The position numbers and the translations under genes are program-made. DNA of 64,000 nt, from contig JAQGDQ010000051.1 in the NCBI GenBank assembly GCA_030141605.1, positions 496,001 through 560,000 of the forward strand, written 5' to 3'. This document shows, one piece after another, positions 40,801 to 53,125 of this stretch. Below the pieces are notes generated by a model. The model made no database searches, was not told where the DNA came from, and was given only the letters and a program-made list of their open reading frames with translations. Source of the stretch: Tubiluchus corallicola (lineage: Eukaryota; Animalia; Priapulida). Every line of letters starts with the position of its first letter. Position 1 is the stretch's first letter.

Positions 40801-41058
40801 CTGGAAGCTCAGCTGTGATTATGGCTTTTCAAGCTTGACTATGAGAATGCAGAGGTTTGCTTTTACAGTAGACACTGCTTAATAGACTCACTTTGGAACA
40901 AAAGCATTTTGACCCAATTAATCAACTGAATTTATTATCCAACTGGTATAGCATTACTACAATAGAAGTACGAGTCATCACTCTTTAGCCTAGCATGAAA
41001 TGTAAAGGCTTTGAGCAAATTTTACAAATGAATTAATGTCATTAATGAATTCCTATCC
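40801..41058 (+). pseudogene. Duplicated 3' end of exon 16 with its donor and ~200 bp of intron 16
   Basis: Matches 42587-42840. It has CGA>TGA in the old frame and lacks the final AAG codon; donor GTTTGC is retained at 40855. Confidence 0.9.
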
Positions 41059-41466
41059 TAATTTATGTAAGTGAATTAACAAAAGAAGAAAATAAAAAAT
41101 TGCATAAATCTGTTTATTTACACTAAAAATTACAGAGATTCGTGCAAGGTCGGATGCTATATTTCTCCAAAAAGAAGTTGGTTTATAAAGTTCTCATTCT
41201 GATAAGAAGGGTGTAGATTTGTTGCAGTATGCTGCACATATTCACGCAAAACACCTAGTCACCTAGTGCTAGACATGCCTGTGCAACAGTTGGTGGTGCC
41301 CCGTGAAAAGCAGAGGGAGCTTCAAAAGTAAACTGCTGGGCAAATGATTAAATTTAGCTTTGAGAAACAAGGAGGTTAATTGCAGTAAACGAACAGGTGA
41401 CAGGTTCAAGCAAAACTGCTATGCTAGCATATTAGTGCGCGATAAATGCACCTGCTTAAAAACAAA

Positions 41467-41593
41467 ATGTATTGTATTATCACTATCAACTGCTAGCTCA
41501 GTTTAGTGTCAAAATGTAACTTTTTATTGCTGTGAAAAGTTTTTTGTTTATATATTTTAATGTTAGAAAATTTTGCAAACGATGCTGCCTTAG
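41467..41593 (+). pseudogene. Duplicated acceptor and first 8 codons of exon 16
   Basis: Matches 42352-42479: TGTTAG|AAA ATT TTG CAA ACG ATG CTG CCT TAG. Confidence 0.9.
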
Positions 41594-42456
41594 GGTCTAA
41601 ATTTTGATAGCCAATTAAAGCGAGTTATTTTAAAAAAGGATAACAAAATTATTAAAACTGCACTGACAAGTATTAAATTCGGTTGTTCAACACGTTGAAT
41701 ATGTATAGCTTCGTCCTGAAAAAAAGTTCCCCAAATTAACTTGTAATCCATCATCTTGGTAGAAGCATTTGTAAAAGATACCCACGTTGTTGTGTAGCCC
41801 AGTTTCTCCTTTTTTCAAACAGCTATAAATTTTCTTCTATGATCTCCAGTCCCTAGGGTGCTGCTAAAATAATCTTTCTACATGATTTTCCCCAAATCAG
41901 CATAAAATGCTGATTTTTAGACGTTTTTTGTCACTGTTGTAGAAAAACATTTTACTTTCAATTGGTTGGGGTATTGGGAAAAAAATTGTACCTTTTCAGA
42001 AAGAGGTGAACTAGGGCTACACAACGATGGATGTGATTCATCCCCCCCCCCCAACCATATAAGCAATGCTTGAAATGCCACATAATGTAAGCGTTAGCCA
42101 GTAGGTAGCATGTACAAGCAAAGTTGTTCATTCTCCATAAAAAATGCAACAGTTAAAATTGAATTGAAGTGCAAGAAGTATCTCTAGTGGCGCTTTCAAG
42201 AAGAGGTTCGTAACCAAAACATTTGTTGAATTGATCTTTATTATGTCTTGTAATTTCTAATGCGGTAATCCTTCATTATTAGCTCATAATAAACATCTGC
42301 AGAAGTCTGGCGAGTCATTAAAGGCGCAGCGTACCAGAAAATCTCTGTCATATGTATTGTTTTATCTCTGTCAGCTGCTAGCTCATTTTAGTGTCAAGAT
42401 GTAATTTTTTTCATTATTGCCGTGAAAAGTTTGTTGTTTATAAATTCTAATTTTAG

Positions 42457-42642
42457 AAAATTTTGCAAACGATGCTGCCCACTAGTGATGAGAAGCAGAA
42501 GATACTAGAAGCGCAAGTTGAAAATCCAGATGTGCCACTAGGATCTGCTGAGCAGTTCATTCTTATTCTTTCTTCAATCACGGAACTTGAAGCTCGGCTG
42601 CGATTATGGCTTTTCAAGCTTGACTATGAGAATGCAGAGAAG
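42457..42642 (+). CDS. FHOD: FHOD coding exon 16 (FH2)
   Basis: Acceptor TTTTAG; [34 protein letters not shown]...[11 protein letters not shown]; donor GTTTGC; phase 0/0. Confidence 0.92.
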
Positions 42643-43369
42643 GTTTGCTTTTACAGTAGGCACTGCTTAATAGACTGACTTTGGGACAAAAGCATTTTGA
42701 CCCAATTAATCGACTGAATTTATTATCTGACTGGTATAGCATTACTACTATAGAAGTATGAGTCATCACTTGTCAGCCTAGCATGAAATGTAAAGGCTTT
42801 GAACGAATTTTACAAATGAATTAATGTCAGAATTCCTATACTCTAGGAGTGGCCCATACCACATCTCTTTGAATCAATTCTAGGTGACCAATTCTATTAA
42901 CTGTTAGTCTAATAAACGACACCCACTGTATATATCTTTTGCGAAAAGCATACACACTAATTCGAAATTTCAGAATTTAAAATAGAAAGATTAGGCATAT
43001 GTGAATAGAATCGGATTAACATGTCAAATGTGTTCTTATGATAGATAAATAGTTAATTTGTTAAAAATGCCGCAATAACCAGCAAATTTTTTATCATTTT
43101 CTATTAAAAATAACAGTGTTTCTACGACAGGCATCATGTTCTACTCTGTAATGGAAACGATTAATCTTTTGTTGATTGTTGTGGGATATTTAATAAATTG
43201 GTTTATTAAGAATTTAAAAACACAAGATGAGCACTTCTAGCATAAGCATCATCGCAGAGTTACATAACATGATGTACGTACCATGCGACCATATTTTGCA
43301 TTTTTACCTTTTCTTGATAATTTTTGAACCTGGCAACAGTTTACTCAGATTCAACATGGTGAACTTGGT

Positions 43370-43760
43370 AAGACTTGGTAATCAAACAAGCAATTTTACT
43401 TTGGAATTCTCTACCATTACAGGTTAAACAAATCAAGTCCCTATCAGCATTTAAAACAAAATTAAAATCACTAATATTAACCAGATATGAAATACCATCA
43501 CACCAGTACGACAACATACACACTAATTCAGAATTCATATACCCACGGCCATATTAATTAAATCATAGTTTTTTTTATTTTTTTGTGTATGGTTGTAAAT
43601 ATGTTTGATTTTATTCGTCATTACTGCACAGTAGTTTAGATTGCACTGACGCATTTGCCTTCAGCAGTGTAAGTTTTTATTAACTAACACTGATTGATTA
43701 TCTCTGTAAAGTTTTTATCAGTGATTATCAATGTTTTTAATGGCAAATAAAGATTATTGA
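43370..43760 (+). mobile_element. CR1/L2-like LINE 3' end
   Basis: LWNSLPLQVKQIKSLSAFKTKLK, then a T-rich tail with AATAAA at ~43746. Confidence 0.65.
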
Positions 43761-43925
43761 CTTTTAGAAAAAAGGTGCCCCTAGAATTTTATAGTAGCAC
43801 CTTTTCAGGATTTTCTTCTAGCCTATTGTCAACATACGTTATCAAGCCTGCATTTTCTGAAAGTTATTGACTATAAACTGAATCAAATGTTTTGGAAATA
43901 AATATAACTCCCTTGGTATTTGCAG

Positions 43926-44045
43926 GATGTAGGCGAGCCACTAATGGATCTGAAATTGGGCATGGAGGAATTGCGAAAAAATAGAACATTCAAACTTGTC
44001 TTATCTACATTGTTGTGCGTTGGAAATTTTCTCAATGGATCTCGG
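43926..44045 (+). CDS. FHOD: FHOD coding exon 17 (FH2)
   Basis: Acceptor TTTGCAG; [40 protein letters not shown]; donor GTAATC; phase 0/0. Confidence 0.92.
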
Positions 44046-44199
44046 GTAATCATATATTTGTTTGCATCTTCATATGATGTTTAAACTTGGGATCATTGTG
44101 TAAGGCAACCTTATTTTATAGTGCTAGGTAAGGCTATGGTAGCTTAAGTTAGTTGTTGGAAAAGCTGCTACCTATGTGAAGCAATGTTTTATACGTCTT

Positions 44200-44630
44200 T
44201 GAGTAAATACGTATAACTCGTATACCTCCGGACCGTAAAATTTGTTCGAGTTATGCGAGAGTACGAGTTAAACAATGTTCGCAAGATAACAAGATTGAAA
44301 CACTCATCAATGTCAGACAATACACTGCAGCCTGTGAAAATGATCATTTTTGCTGAAACTAGCAGTTGAGAATGTAATGTGGTGCACACTTTCGCCTAGA
44401 ATTTCTCGCTTGGCAGGTTGGTCAAGATGGGCAGGGTATTGTCACTTAGATTCTTGTAAATTGTACCGGAAATTCGTACAGAAATTGTACCGATAATTTG
44501 AGTTGCAGATTTCGAGTTACGCAATGTTTGGTAAATAGAAAAATGAAAGGGAAATTCCTTTCCATGAGAGCTGTTCTAGATATACAGGAATTCGAGTTAT
44601 AACGCGTTGAGTTATATGTAGTTTACTGTA
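44200..44630. mobile_element. pogo/Tigger-like MITE
   Basis: The right end GAGTTATATGTAGTTTACTGTA is inversely similar to the left end GAGTAAATACGTATAACTCG; TTCGAGTTA motifs recur internally. Confidence 0.5.
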
Positions 44631-46703
44631 TTTCAAGTTAAACTTATTGGTGGCAGAACTTTCTGTAGGTAATAGCAAAATATTTAAATACTGAATTTCT
44701 TGTTTTAAGCAAAACCGTTATTAAAACATTATTAAACAAATTGCAGTTAGTGGAAGTAATTATTTTCTTCAAAAAAATGTTGGAACAATCTTCCCTAAGT
44801 AAATTTCAGCTGACAAACTTTGTATCTGTGAACAAAAATCGTTATAATGACAATCTGAAACAAATGTTATGACTCACCTCGTCTCCTAATAAGCTTTGTT
44901 TACTACAATTTTTGTGTACTTCTTGTTTGCATGACATCACTTATTTATGAAAAGTTATGTAGTAAAATGTTAAAATTATCAAAAATAAATCAAATGTTCC
45001 AAAACCAGTGACACTAAGCTCACTTTTACATCAAATTTGTACACCTGCCAATTTTTCAGCTTATGTTACTAATGCATTACATTATGATATCATAGTTTTG
45101 GCCTTTCCACATGGTAAGTACACAAAAAAATTAATGTTCGAAAGTTCTGCTTAAATTTTTTAATTTAGACAGCAAAAATGTCATGGTGATAAACTTGTCA
45201 CTTGGCAATCTCTGACTATCTGGATAAATACCAACAACCATGATATCATAGTTCACACAAATTTGTAATGGTAAACCACGAATTCTGCAAGTTTTGAAAC
45301 AACTGACATTTGGGCAATGGCATTTACAATCATTAGCATATCCGTTTGCAAGCCATGAACTCTACACCTTGCACCTTTTGCACCTTTTTATGTCGGTAGT
45401 TAATGCAATGTATTTATAGGTAGTTGCCGTTGTCTGTTTCTGTGATGCAACATTATTATTATTAATGCCCATTTCAGTCCATCACAAGTCGTTATTACAT
45501 TGAGGAATGTAATAACAATTGGTCTCAAAGTCTGGTAATGTTATTTAAAATAGCTTTCCAATTGGAAGCAATTATTTAACCGTTTTCTATATTAAAACTT
45601 GTAAATGTTTAAGGTCATGGTTAAATGAAATTTCTTAACCTTTCTTACTGTATATAGTCGTGTAAATTTCATTCTGAATATGATTGAAACTAGGTGAATC
45701 ACCAGCCATTAAGTCGTTAATTAGCTAGAAACTTAATTCATGAATTAGGACTACGTCAACAGGTTCAGGAAGTATTTCCCTGTGAAGACCAGCTATGATG
45801 TGGTGAAAAACACGTAAATGGTTTTTCCCTAATTTACACTGTGCACAAATAAACTAATATGCATTGAAGTGTGTAAAATGTCATTATACTAATTATGTTG
45901 TTTTTTGCAGATAAATGCACTAGTTCATATGCCATATAATATCATTTTAATAATCATTGTACAGCATGATGTTCTAATTCAGTGTTGGTTGCTTTTATTT
46001 TATTAAACTTTCCAGACCTTCCCTTTTAGAGAAACAAATGCAAATAATTTTCAGTTTATGCTCTCAATATTTATTATAAAACAAAATGCAGGAACCACTC
46101 ATCAAGTTTTTTAATGTTGCTGATTTAATTTATTTAGCATGAGGATAAAGTTCTGGACAAATGTAATATGCCTTGATACATCTGCATTAATTATTATTAG
46201 TAAATTTCTGACCTAGTGGCTGACCCTGATAAAATTACGCATTGTTCTTTCACCATGTTCACCACTCAAGTCAATAATCACTTGTGTACTATTCTAACCA
46301 TTACTATATGTTTAGTATATATTTATACACTGTGATCATAATTTTTCTAGAAGTTCTGTAAGAATGAAGATATTGCCAGTGACATTGACAATCATGAACA
46401 TTATCCTAAAATATAGGAAACATAATTAGCATAGAAACTAAAATATTTTTATATGTATTAACATATAAATAAACCAATTTCCACAATAATCAGTACAACT
46501 ACAAATTTGTTAAGGAAACACACGTTATTTATACCACGCAACCACACTTGGAGTCAGGGGGTACCTGATGGAGAAACACTTTTTAGTCGAAGTTAGAACA
46601 AACAGCACCCTTTAAGTACTATAATAGTTACAGCAATATAATAGTAATGCAATGGTAAATATATAGCATTTTTGTATGTTAAAAATAATTATTTACTTTA
46701 TAG

Positions 46704-46865
46704 AATCGTGGCTTTCAGTACGAGTATTTGGTAAAAGTTCCAGAAGTCAAAGATACAGTTCATAAACAAACTCTTCTTCATCATGTTTGTAGCTTGGTAA
46801 TGGAGAGGTTCCCAGATACAACAGACATATATTCAGACTTTGGACCAATTGTCCGATGTTCAAAG
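46704..46865 (+). CDS. FHOD: FHOD coding exon 18 (FH2)
   Basis: Acceptor TTATAG; NRGFQYEYLVKVPEVKDTVHKQTLLHHVC...PIVRCSK; donor GTATCT; phase 0/0. Confidence 0.92.
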
Positions 46866-47041
46866 GTATCTTGCATGAACTCACACTATTCTTATTACTT
46901 TGTCTTATATTATATGACAACATATTTCATTTAAAGTAGATGGATGCGCTAGTTAAATAAACCCGAAAAATTACGTAACTTTTAAATGAATAAAATTTGC
47001 TTTGGCCTGTTCAGAAGCACAGTAATTGTAATTTTTATTAG

Positions 47042-47160
47042 GTTGATTTTGATGAATTGTCTACGAATTTGGAAAAGATGGAGCATGATTGTAAGGATTC
47101 ATGGGAGCACCTAAGGGTGATTGCAAAACATGAAGTAGCTAATTCTCAAATGAAGCAAAA
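47042..47160 (+). CDS. FHOD: FHOD coding exon 19 (FH2)
   Basis: Acceptor TTATTAG; VDFDELSTNLEKMEHDCKDSWEHLRVIAKHEVANSQMKQ; donor GTAAGT; phase 0/2. Confidence 0.92.
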
Positions 47161-47932
47161 GTAAGTAATTTTAGAGAAATTGTCATCTTACTTTTTATTT
47201 TTTTTGTAAGAAGTCCTTTAGTAATAAACTACAAATAGTTAAGGAAGTAAAACTTTACAGCAAGTCAGCGACCCACATTGACATGTATAATTCCACACAC
47301 AATACAATCAAATAAAATAATTTAAAACAAAATTAATTAATTGAAAAATACATTTTAGGTGGATTTGAGTTTCACCTTTTCTTCCCATATTGCATGTACC
47401 ATGTTGCTTACCAGTTTGCTGTTCATATGAAACTTATCATGTTATAGCCATTTCATCCCAGTTTCGTCAGTATCATTCCTTTTCATTTTTTACAATCTTT
47501 AGCTTTTTTATTCTCTTCTACTTACATGACTTAATTACACCCTTTTTTACTGCCATGCCAGCCCTTTTCATAGCACATCTTTTTTATCCTGCCCCTAACA
47601 TTTAACAATACACCAGCTGAAGCTGTTCTGTATTAGTTGTTCATTAATTAATTGCTCACTTGATATGTACTTGTAGTAAATTTGTTTTTAGTTTGTGTAA
47701 TTTGTTTTTAGTTTGTGTAATTGTATGTAATATATTTATGTGTGTAATTGTAATGGTGTTTTTATTTAATAAACATATAAATAAACTGAAAAAATCAATA
47801 TTCATAATTCTGTGTAATATTGAAACAAGTGTACACCAACTAGCCAACATACAGATTAAGCATTTCAGTATTAGAACTGCTACATAAGAATGTATACTGT
47901 TCGTCTGTTGTTAGGTTTATAAAATAAGGATA

Positions 47933-48750
47933 TACAGGGTGTCTCAAATGTCACTATACACTTTGATTTCTAATTTTTTTCAAGTTTTCTCCAGTCTCGA
48001 CAAGCTCTTACATGATTCAAAAGGGCCTTTGACAATTATTATTATTATTTATTGTTTGACTGGACAACAGGCTGTGTGGCAACGACAGGAGTGTTAGAAT
48101 TGAGGTGCAAAATCAACTGGGCATGAAATCCTTCGATCACTAACTGAAGTTCAGTAGAAACTCAGAGTACCACACTGTTTTCTCACATTTAACAATGCAG
48201 TTTTTCAACAAGATACAGCTTTTCCTCAGCACTCATGAGCTGTAAGAGACTTTCTCAATGCAAGATGCCTGACTTGCCATTGCCGACTAAAGCTCTTGAG
48301 ATGCCTGAAAATGGTAGTAAAAGTAGCAAATCCTACTAGTGCTGTAGTTCTTTCCAGATTTTTGAGGAACTTGACTAAAAGAATTACCCAAGGTTTTAGT
48401 TCATCTGTACCCATTTTCAAACATATTACTTTGATTGTTAAAAAAATATAGAAAATGTAAAGTGTGACACTTATGACTCTGTGTAGCAATGATAGTTTAA
48501 AAGTATTTAGCTCTAACATTGGTATGTTCGAAATGTTTGTGAAGTGAATTCTAACACCTTTTGGTGAACAGTTCATGACAAATAGTTTTCAGGTGCATAA
48601 TTAATACCTTCCATTGATGTTTTTGGTCGACTTCATTTCACTGATATTCGATGTCCAAACTGCGGGCCTTCTTCTTAAATTTACATTTAATTGATTTGAG
48701 TACAATATAATGCCACAATGGCAAGCTAATGCGTACACACCTGTAATGCG
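47933..48750 (-). mobile_element. Probable Tc1/mariner-like remnant
   Basis: TA-CAGGGTGTCTCAAA terminus at 47933; degenerate transposase-like minus-strand coding. Weak support. Confidence 0.4.
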
Positions 48751-49236
48751 AACTTGCAAAAAAGAACGAACTTTCATCATTTATTTAACTAGTATAACAG
48801 TATTGAATAAAATGTACTTGGTGATTGTGTATTGTGGATTATGTGACGGACATATTGTATGCATTACTATGTATTTTTAAGTTTTTATTACATACCTTAT
48901 CTTTGCCAGCTTTCTACAAATTCATTTACAGTTAAATTTAACCAGTCATTCCTAGTGGTGCAAAAAATTGTTATGCTTGCAGCATGTATCATTGTTAACG
49001 TATCTTTTCAAAGGGCTATCTTGTCTACTAGCTGTTTAAAATCCACAAGTCACTAAGCTGGTTTACATACGTATCCTGACAGTGCACTCCTGAGATATTA
49101 CACCAAGTGATGAACTCTTCAGAAACCTTTCATACAAGGGACAAATAGAAATTTTGTGCAAACAAAATTGACTGACCTTTTGAATCTCATTGACTTTACT
49201 GAACATGTCACACTGATCTGTTCTTTGCAGCATGAC

Positions 49237-49619
49237 CTCTGCTGTTCCTATTGCTGACCACTCTGTTGTTCCTCTTGCTCACCACTCTACTGTTTCTCTT
49301 GCTCACCACTCTGCTGTTCCTCTTGCTCACCATTCTGGTGTTCCTCTTGCTCACCACTCAACTGTTTCTCTTGCTGACCACTCTGCTGTTCCTCTTGCTC
49401 ACCATTCTGCTGTTCCTCTTGCTCAACACTCTGCTGTTCTTATTGCTCAACACTCTGATGCTCCTCTTCTTCAACACTCTGCTGTTCCTCTGGCTCAGCA
49501 CTCTGTTGTTCCTCTTGCTCAACACTCTGATGCTCCTCTTGCTCAACACTCTGATGCTCCTCTTGTTCAACACTCTGCTGTTCCTCTTGCTCAACACTCT
49601 GCCGTTCCTCTTGCTCACA
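49237..49619. repeat. 24-bp minisatellite, ~16 copies
   Basis: Unit CTCTGCTGTTCCTCTTGCTCA(C/A)CA; stop-free in several frames. Confidence 0.95.
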
Positions 49620-49932
49620 TGGAAAAAATAACAGAGCTGATGGCCTTATGTCAGAATTCCTACAAATTAAAAGAGACGGGGTTTCGAAATTTAGTTCACT
49701 GTTACCGTATAAGAGAGTTTTTAGTGATCTTTTCACCAAAATCTGAAATGATTACTAGTAAATTTTCTGAAAATTAATTAAATGGTTGAATTTTATAAGG
49801 AATGATTGTGTTCTCACAGTGTGATAAATTATAGTTTACCATTAAGTGAAGCATCAGAATGTTAAAATATTGTATAGGTTTTGCAACAGCTAACAAGTTA
49901 ACATTTTTCTTTCATTGTGGTCTTTTTAACAG

Positions 49933-50007
49933 GATGCTAGATTTCCTTACAGACTGTGCTGAGCGAATAATGGTTCTAAAGATTGTACACAGACGAGTTG
50001 TGAACAG
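49933..50007 (+). CDS. FHOD: FHOD coding exon 20 (FH2)
   Basis: Acceptor TAACAG; MLDFLTDCAERIMVLKIVHRRVVN; donor GTAACT; phase 2/2. Confidence 0.92.
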
Positions 50008-50383
50008 GTAACTTATATATGTCTTTGTGTTCTAAGGTTTTCTTGACAATGTAACATTATTTAATTACCTCATTTAGAAATAATATTTGTTAAGCTTTTA
50101 GTGTCTAGCAACTTCTGTTTTTTCAATAATACATTTAATGTAATCCCGATAAGGTACCTAAAATTTTTACATTAAATAAAATCAGCAGTTCTTTTTATTT
50201 TTATTATCATTAATTAACTTTTATAGGTATAGCTAATTTAGAATCAGCTAAGGCATCTCTTAATTCTCATGCACTTTACAGTAAAGTGCTACAATATTTC
50301 ATAAAAGACAATCACTAATATAAAAACATCCCAAATCTGAATTTGTAAAAGGTTTTGACAGTGTCAGCTGCATTTTTTTGCAG

Positions 50384-50576
50384 GTATCACAAACTATTGC
50401 TTTGGTTAGGATTACCTTTGGCATCTGCAAAAGAACAGAAAATTAATAGTTTCTGCAAAGTTTTAAGTGAATTTGCACTTGAGTATCGTACAACAAAAGA
50501 ACGAGTCCAGCTACAACAGCAAAAAAAGAAAGCCTACAAAGAACGCAAATTAACAAGAGGCAAACTAATAACAGAA
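50384..50576 (+). CDS. FHOD: FHOD coding exon 21 (FH2 end)
   Basis: Acceptor TTTTGCAG; YHKLLLWLG...FCKVLSEFALEYRTTKERV...KLTRGKLITE; donor GTATGT; phase 2/0. Confidence 0.92.
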
Positions 50577-50629
50577 GTATGTTTCAAAGATTTTCTATTG
50601 GTGGTTATTATTCAGGCTCTGTTATAACG

Positions 50630-50795
50630 AATTCAGATAAAAAGTCACGGGTAAAAAAGTCAGGGAAAAAACCACAGGAAAAAATAGCCCTACCTGTAAC
50701 CCCTAACCTTAATCCTAGCCCTAACCCTAGCCAAAATTGATTGTGACTTTTGCTATCCAAAATTGACTTTTTCCTGTGGCTTTATTATCACTGAG
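50630..50795. repeat. Small MITE-like element with an internal CCCTAA-type tract
   Basis: Arms AAAGTCA/ACCACAGGAAAAA and TGACTTT/TTTTTCCTGTGG flank CCCTAACCTTAATCCTAGCCCTAACCCTAG. Confidence 0.55.
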
Positions 50796-51268
50796 CATTA
50801 TAACAGTGCAGCAGTTTGTAGTTGAAAACTTGCATTATTGTTTGATAAAAATATAATAAATGACTTTTGTGTTAGCTTCTTTATCTGTATTTTGCAATCT
50901 ACCTATTGTGTTTAGTCTAAGTGCCATCCGTAAATACCAAGATCAGTAGGCTTACAAGCAAAATATCATAAAATAGTTTTTACTTGCAATCTACATTTAT
51001 TGTTTTTAGATAATCTATTAGAAGTATGCTCTAGTATTTTCAGTTTTGGTTGGAGTCTCAATAAACTTTGAGTTACGATACTGTTTTATTATAAATCACC
51101 AGTAAAAGCTAAATAACTCAGCAACATTGAAACTTCATGTTGAATAAGTTTTGTTGAATTAAACTGACAGTTATGTCTGTTGTTATTACAAACTGACAGT
51201 ACTAACAGTTTTTACAAATTTTGTATACTAGTTTGCATAACATGTAAAGCATTATATTTAATTTTTAG

Positions 51269-51401
51269 ACTTCTAAATTCAAAGTGATGAGCAATGGATC
51301 AGAGAAAACAGAAACAGTTACAGATAACAGCAAGCTAAATGAACTGCTCAACCAAGGTTATGGCTCAGACTTAGATAGTGGATGTGCAAAGACTATTTCT
51401 C
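51269..51401 (+). CDS. FHOD: FHOD coding exon 22
   Basis: Acceptor TTTTTAG; TSKFKVMSNGSEKTETVTDNSKLNELLNQGYGSDLDSGCAKTIS; donor GTATGT; phase 0/1. An alternative same-phase donor CAAG|GTTATG at 51356 cannot be excluded. Confidence 0.75.
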
Positions 51402-52158
51402 GTATGTATGAAAACGCTTTAAAAATTCACGAGTAGCATTAGGCCCCCAAATAGTTGTTTGCAATTGCCGACCAAATGCACCATTTTATGTGCTAGTATA
51501 TTAATCTTTTTACGTTGATAATAATAATTTTTTTATTTGCGTACAACAATCCGTTCGATAACAGGTTCACTTTTTATACAGCCGCTTCTATTATGCAAAC
51601 AAAATGACTAGCAGCCGCTCAGACAAACATATTTGTAATTTGATACCCCCATTTACTGTAGCTACCAGACACCAATGCAGCCTTCACACTGTGATTTATA
51701 ATGAAACAATCTGACAATATTGTAAAACATCAGTCCAAAGACTGAACATACACAATTAGTTATATGCATTGTGATTTTATTACTGTATATTTTATTTGGG
51801 CCACCTATGTCAAAAAGAAGACAAATCGTTTTCACTATTGATCGTAATGTAGAAATTCTGAATTTCTGTAAAAGTAAAGCCTCTTACCAATGAGTTTGGG
51901 ACTTGGCACAGTTTATATCTGGCACTTTTCAAGTCACCTGATTAACAAAGTCCAACAAGCAGAACATGCTGAGATAAGGAACACAAGAAACTAATTCAAA
52001 ACTTTTATAGAGCAAAAACTCTTGTGAGTTCGTATGTTGTAGTACAGCTTATTCGGTACAAATTCACCTTGTAAGATAGGCCTATTTACAAAAAAAATTG
52101 TAGTAAATGTAAAAATTAAAGATATAAAAAATAAAACAATCAAAAACAAAGTTATCTA

Positions 52159-52460
52159 ATGGAGCATATTGTGGACCCTGTCGAAGCTGTCCTGATGAGA
52201 ACATTGAACATGTTATCAGAACTAAAGAGCTTATCGTATGGAAATCAGTTAAAACATATCGGTTTAACTAAATTAGCTTTGAGACCATTGTGTGGCCAGT
52301 TAATTGATGTTTACAAATATGTGTTTGGGGTTTATAGCCGTGACGATGATTGTCTCCTGTTAAATTGGAAGTACATCGTACAGCAAGGTCCTATTTTTCA
52401 TAAATCAAGAACAGTACACCAAACCGATAAATACGACTTTTTTCTTTTACAATGCCACAT
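52159..52460 (+). mobile_element. CR1-like LINE 3' fragment
   Basis: ELKSLSYGNQLKHIGLTKLALRPLCGQLIDVYKYV resembles the CR1 motif LSYEERL..L.L..L..RR.RGDLI..YK. Confidence 0.6.
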
Positions 52461-52501
52461 ATCATTTCTTTTACAATAACAAGGATGTTTGATTTTATAT
52501 A

Positions 52502-53125
52502 TGTGTGCTTGCATAGTAAAATCGTCCATAAGACGACAATTAAGCTTTTCTGGTTATTCACATAACCCGAATCTCCATTTCACGTGGATAATTTTTATAT
52601 AAAGATAATTGCTCTATTATTTCTAAGCTGAGATAAATCCACGTTGAAGTCGAAGGGCACGGTGCGTACTGAAAAACATAATCTTGAGAAAATCGCTATT
52701 AAAGTTAGACATGTTTTCTGTCGCGTTTCTACAAAACACAAAGCAACCGCACAGATGTTGGTTGCTATGGACTTTGCAAGAGTACACTGAAGTTATGTTT
52801 AAATCCAGTAGATGGCTCTCCCTGACGAAGAACTGCACTTGGCAACAGCAAAAACCCGAAGCAAAATGACTGTTGCAATTGTGGTTGGTGCTCAAACATA
52901 ATCTAAAGAAACACTTGCAAAGTAAATCAGCATTCATCATTTTAATCCAACGGCTGTAGTACAGTCACATGATCATGACGTCATATACTATATATCGTAA
53001 AAATGACAGCTTCCAGGAGCTACTATCAGAGTTTGAAAATAGGAGTTTTTTTTACAATTGCAGTACTAGTTTCTAGACAGAAAAGTGGGTAAGGAGTTAT
53101 AAAAGTAAATTTTTAGTGTTTCTTG
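52502..53125 (-). mobile_element. Same MITE family, inverted copy C (one end truncated)
   Basis: Reverse complement of ~26170-26769. The chance ORFs 26331-26648(+) and 52623-52940(-) differ at only 3 of 105 residues. Confidence 0.85.

Noticed and set aside
49251-49739. Leu-rich, Arg-rich and Glu-rich ORFs in other frames of the 24-bp repeat
   Set aside because: These are by-products of a stop-free repeat whose unit is a multiple of 3, with no supporting splice or start context.
50690-50732. Interstitial telomere or chromosome fusion scar
   Set aside because: Only a few degenerate CCCTAA units, enclosed by inverted arms as in a small MITE.
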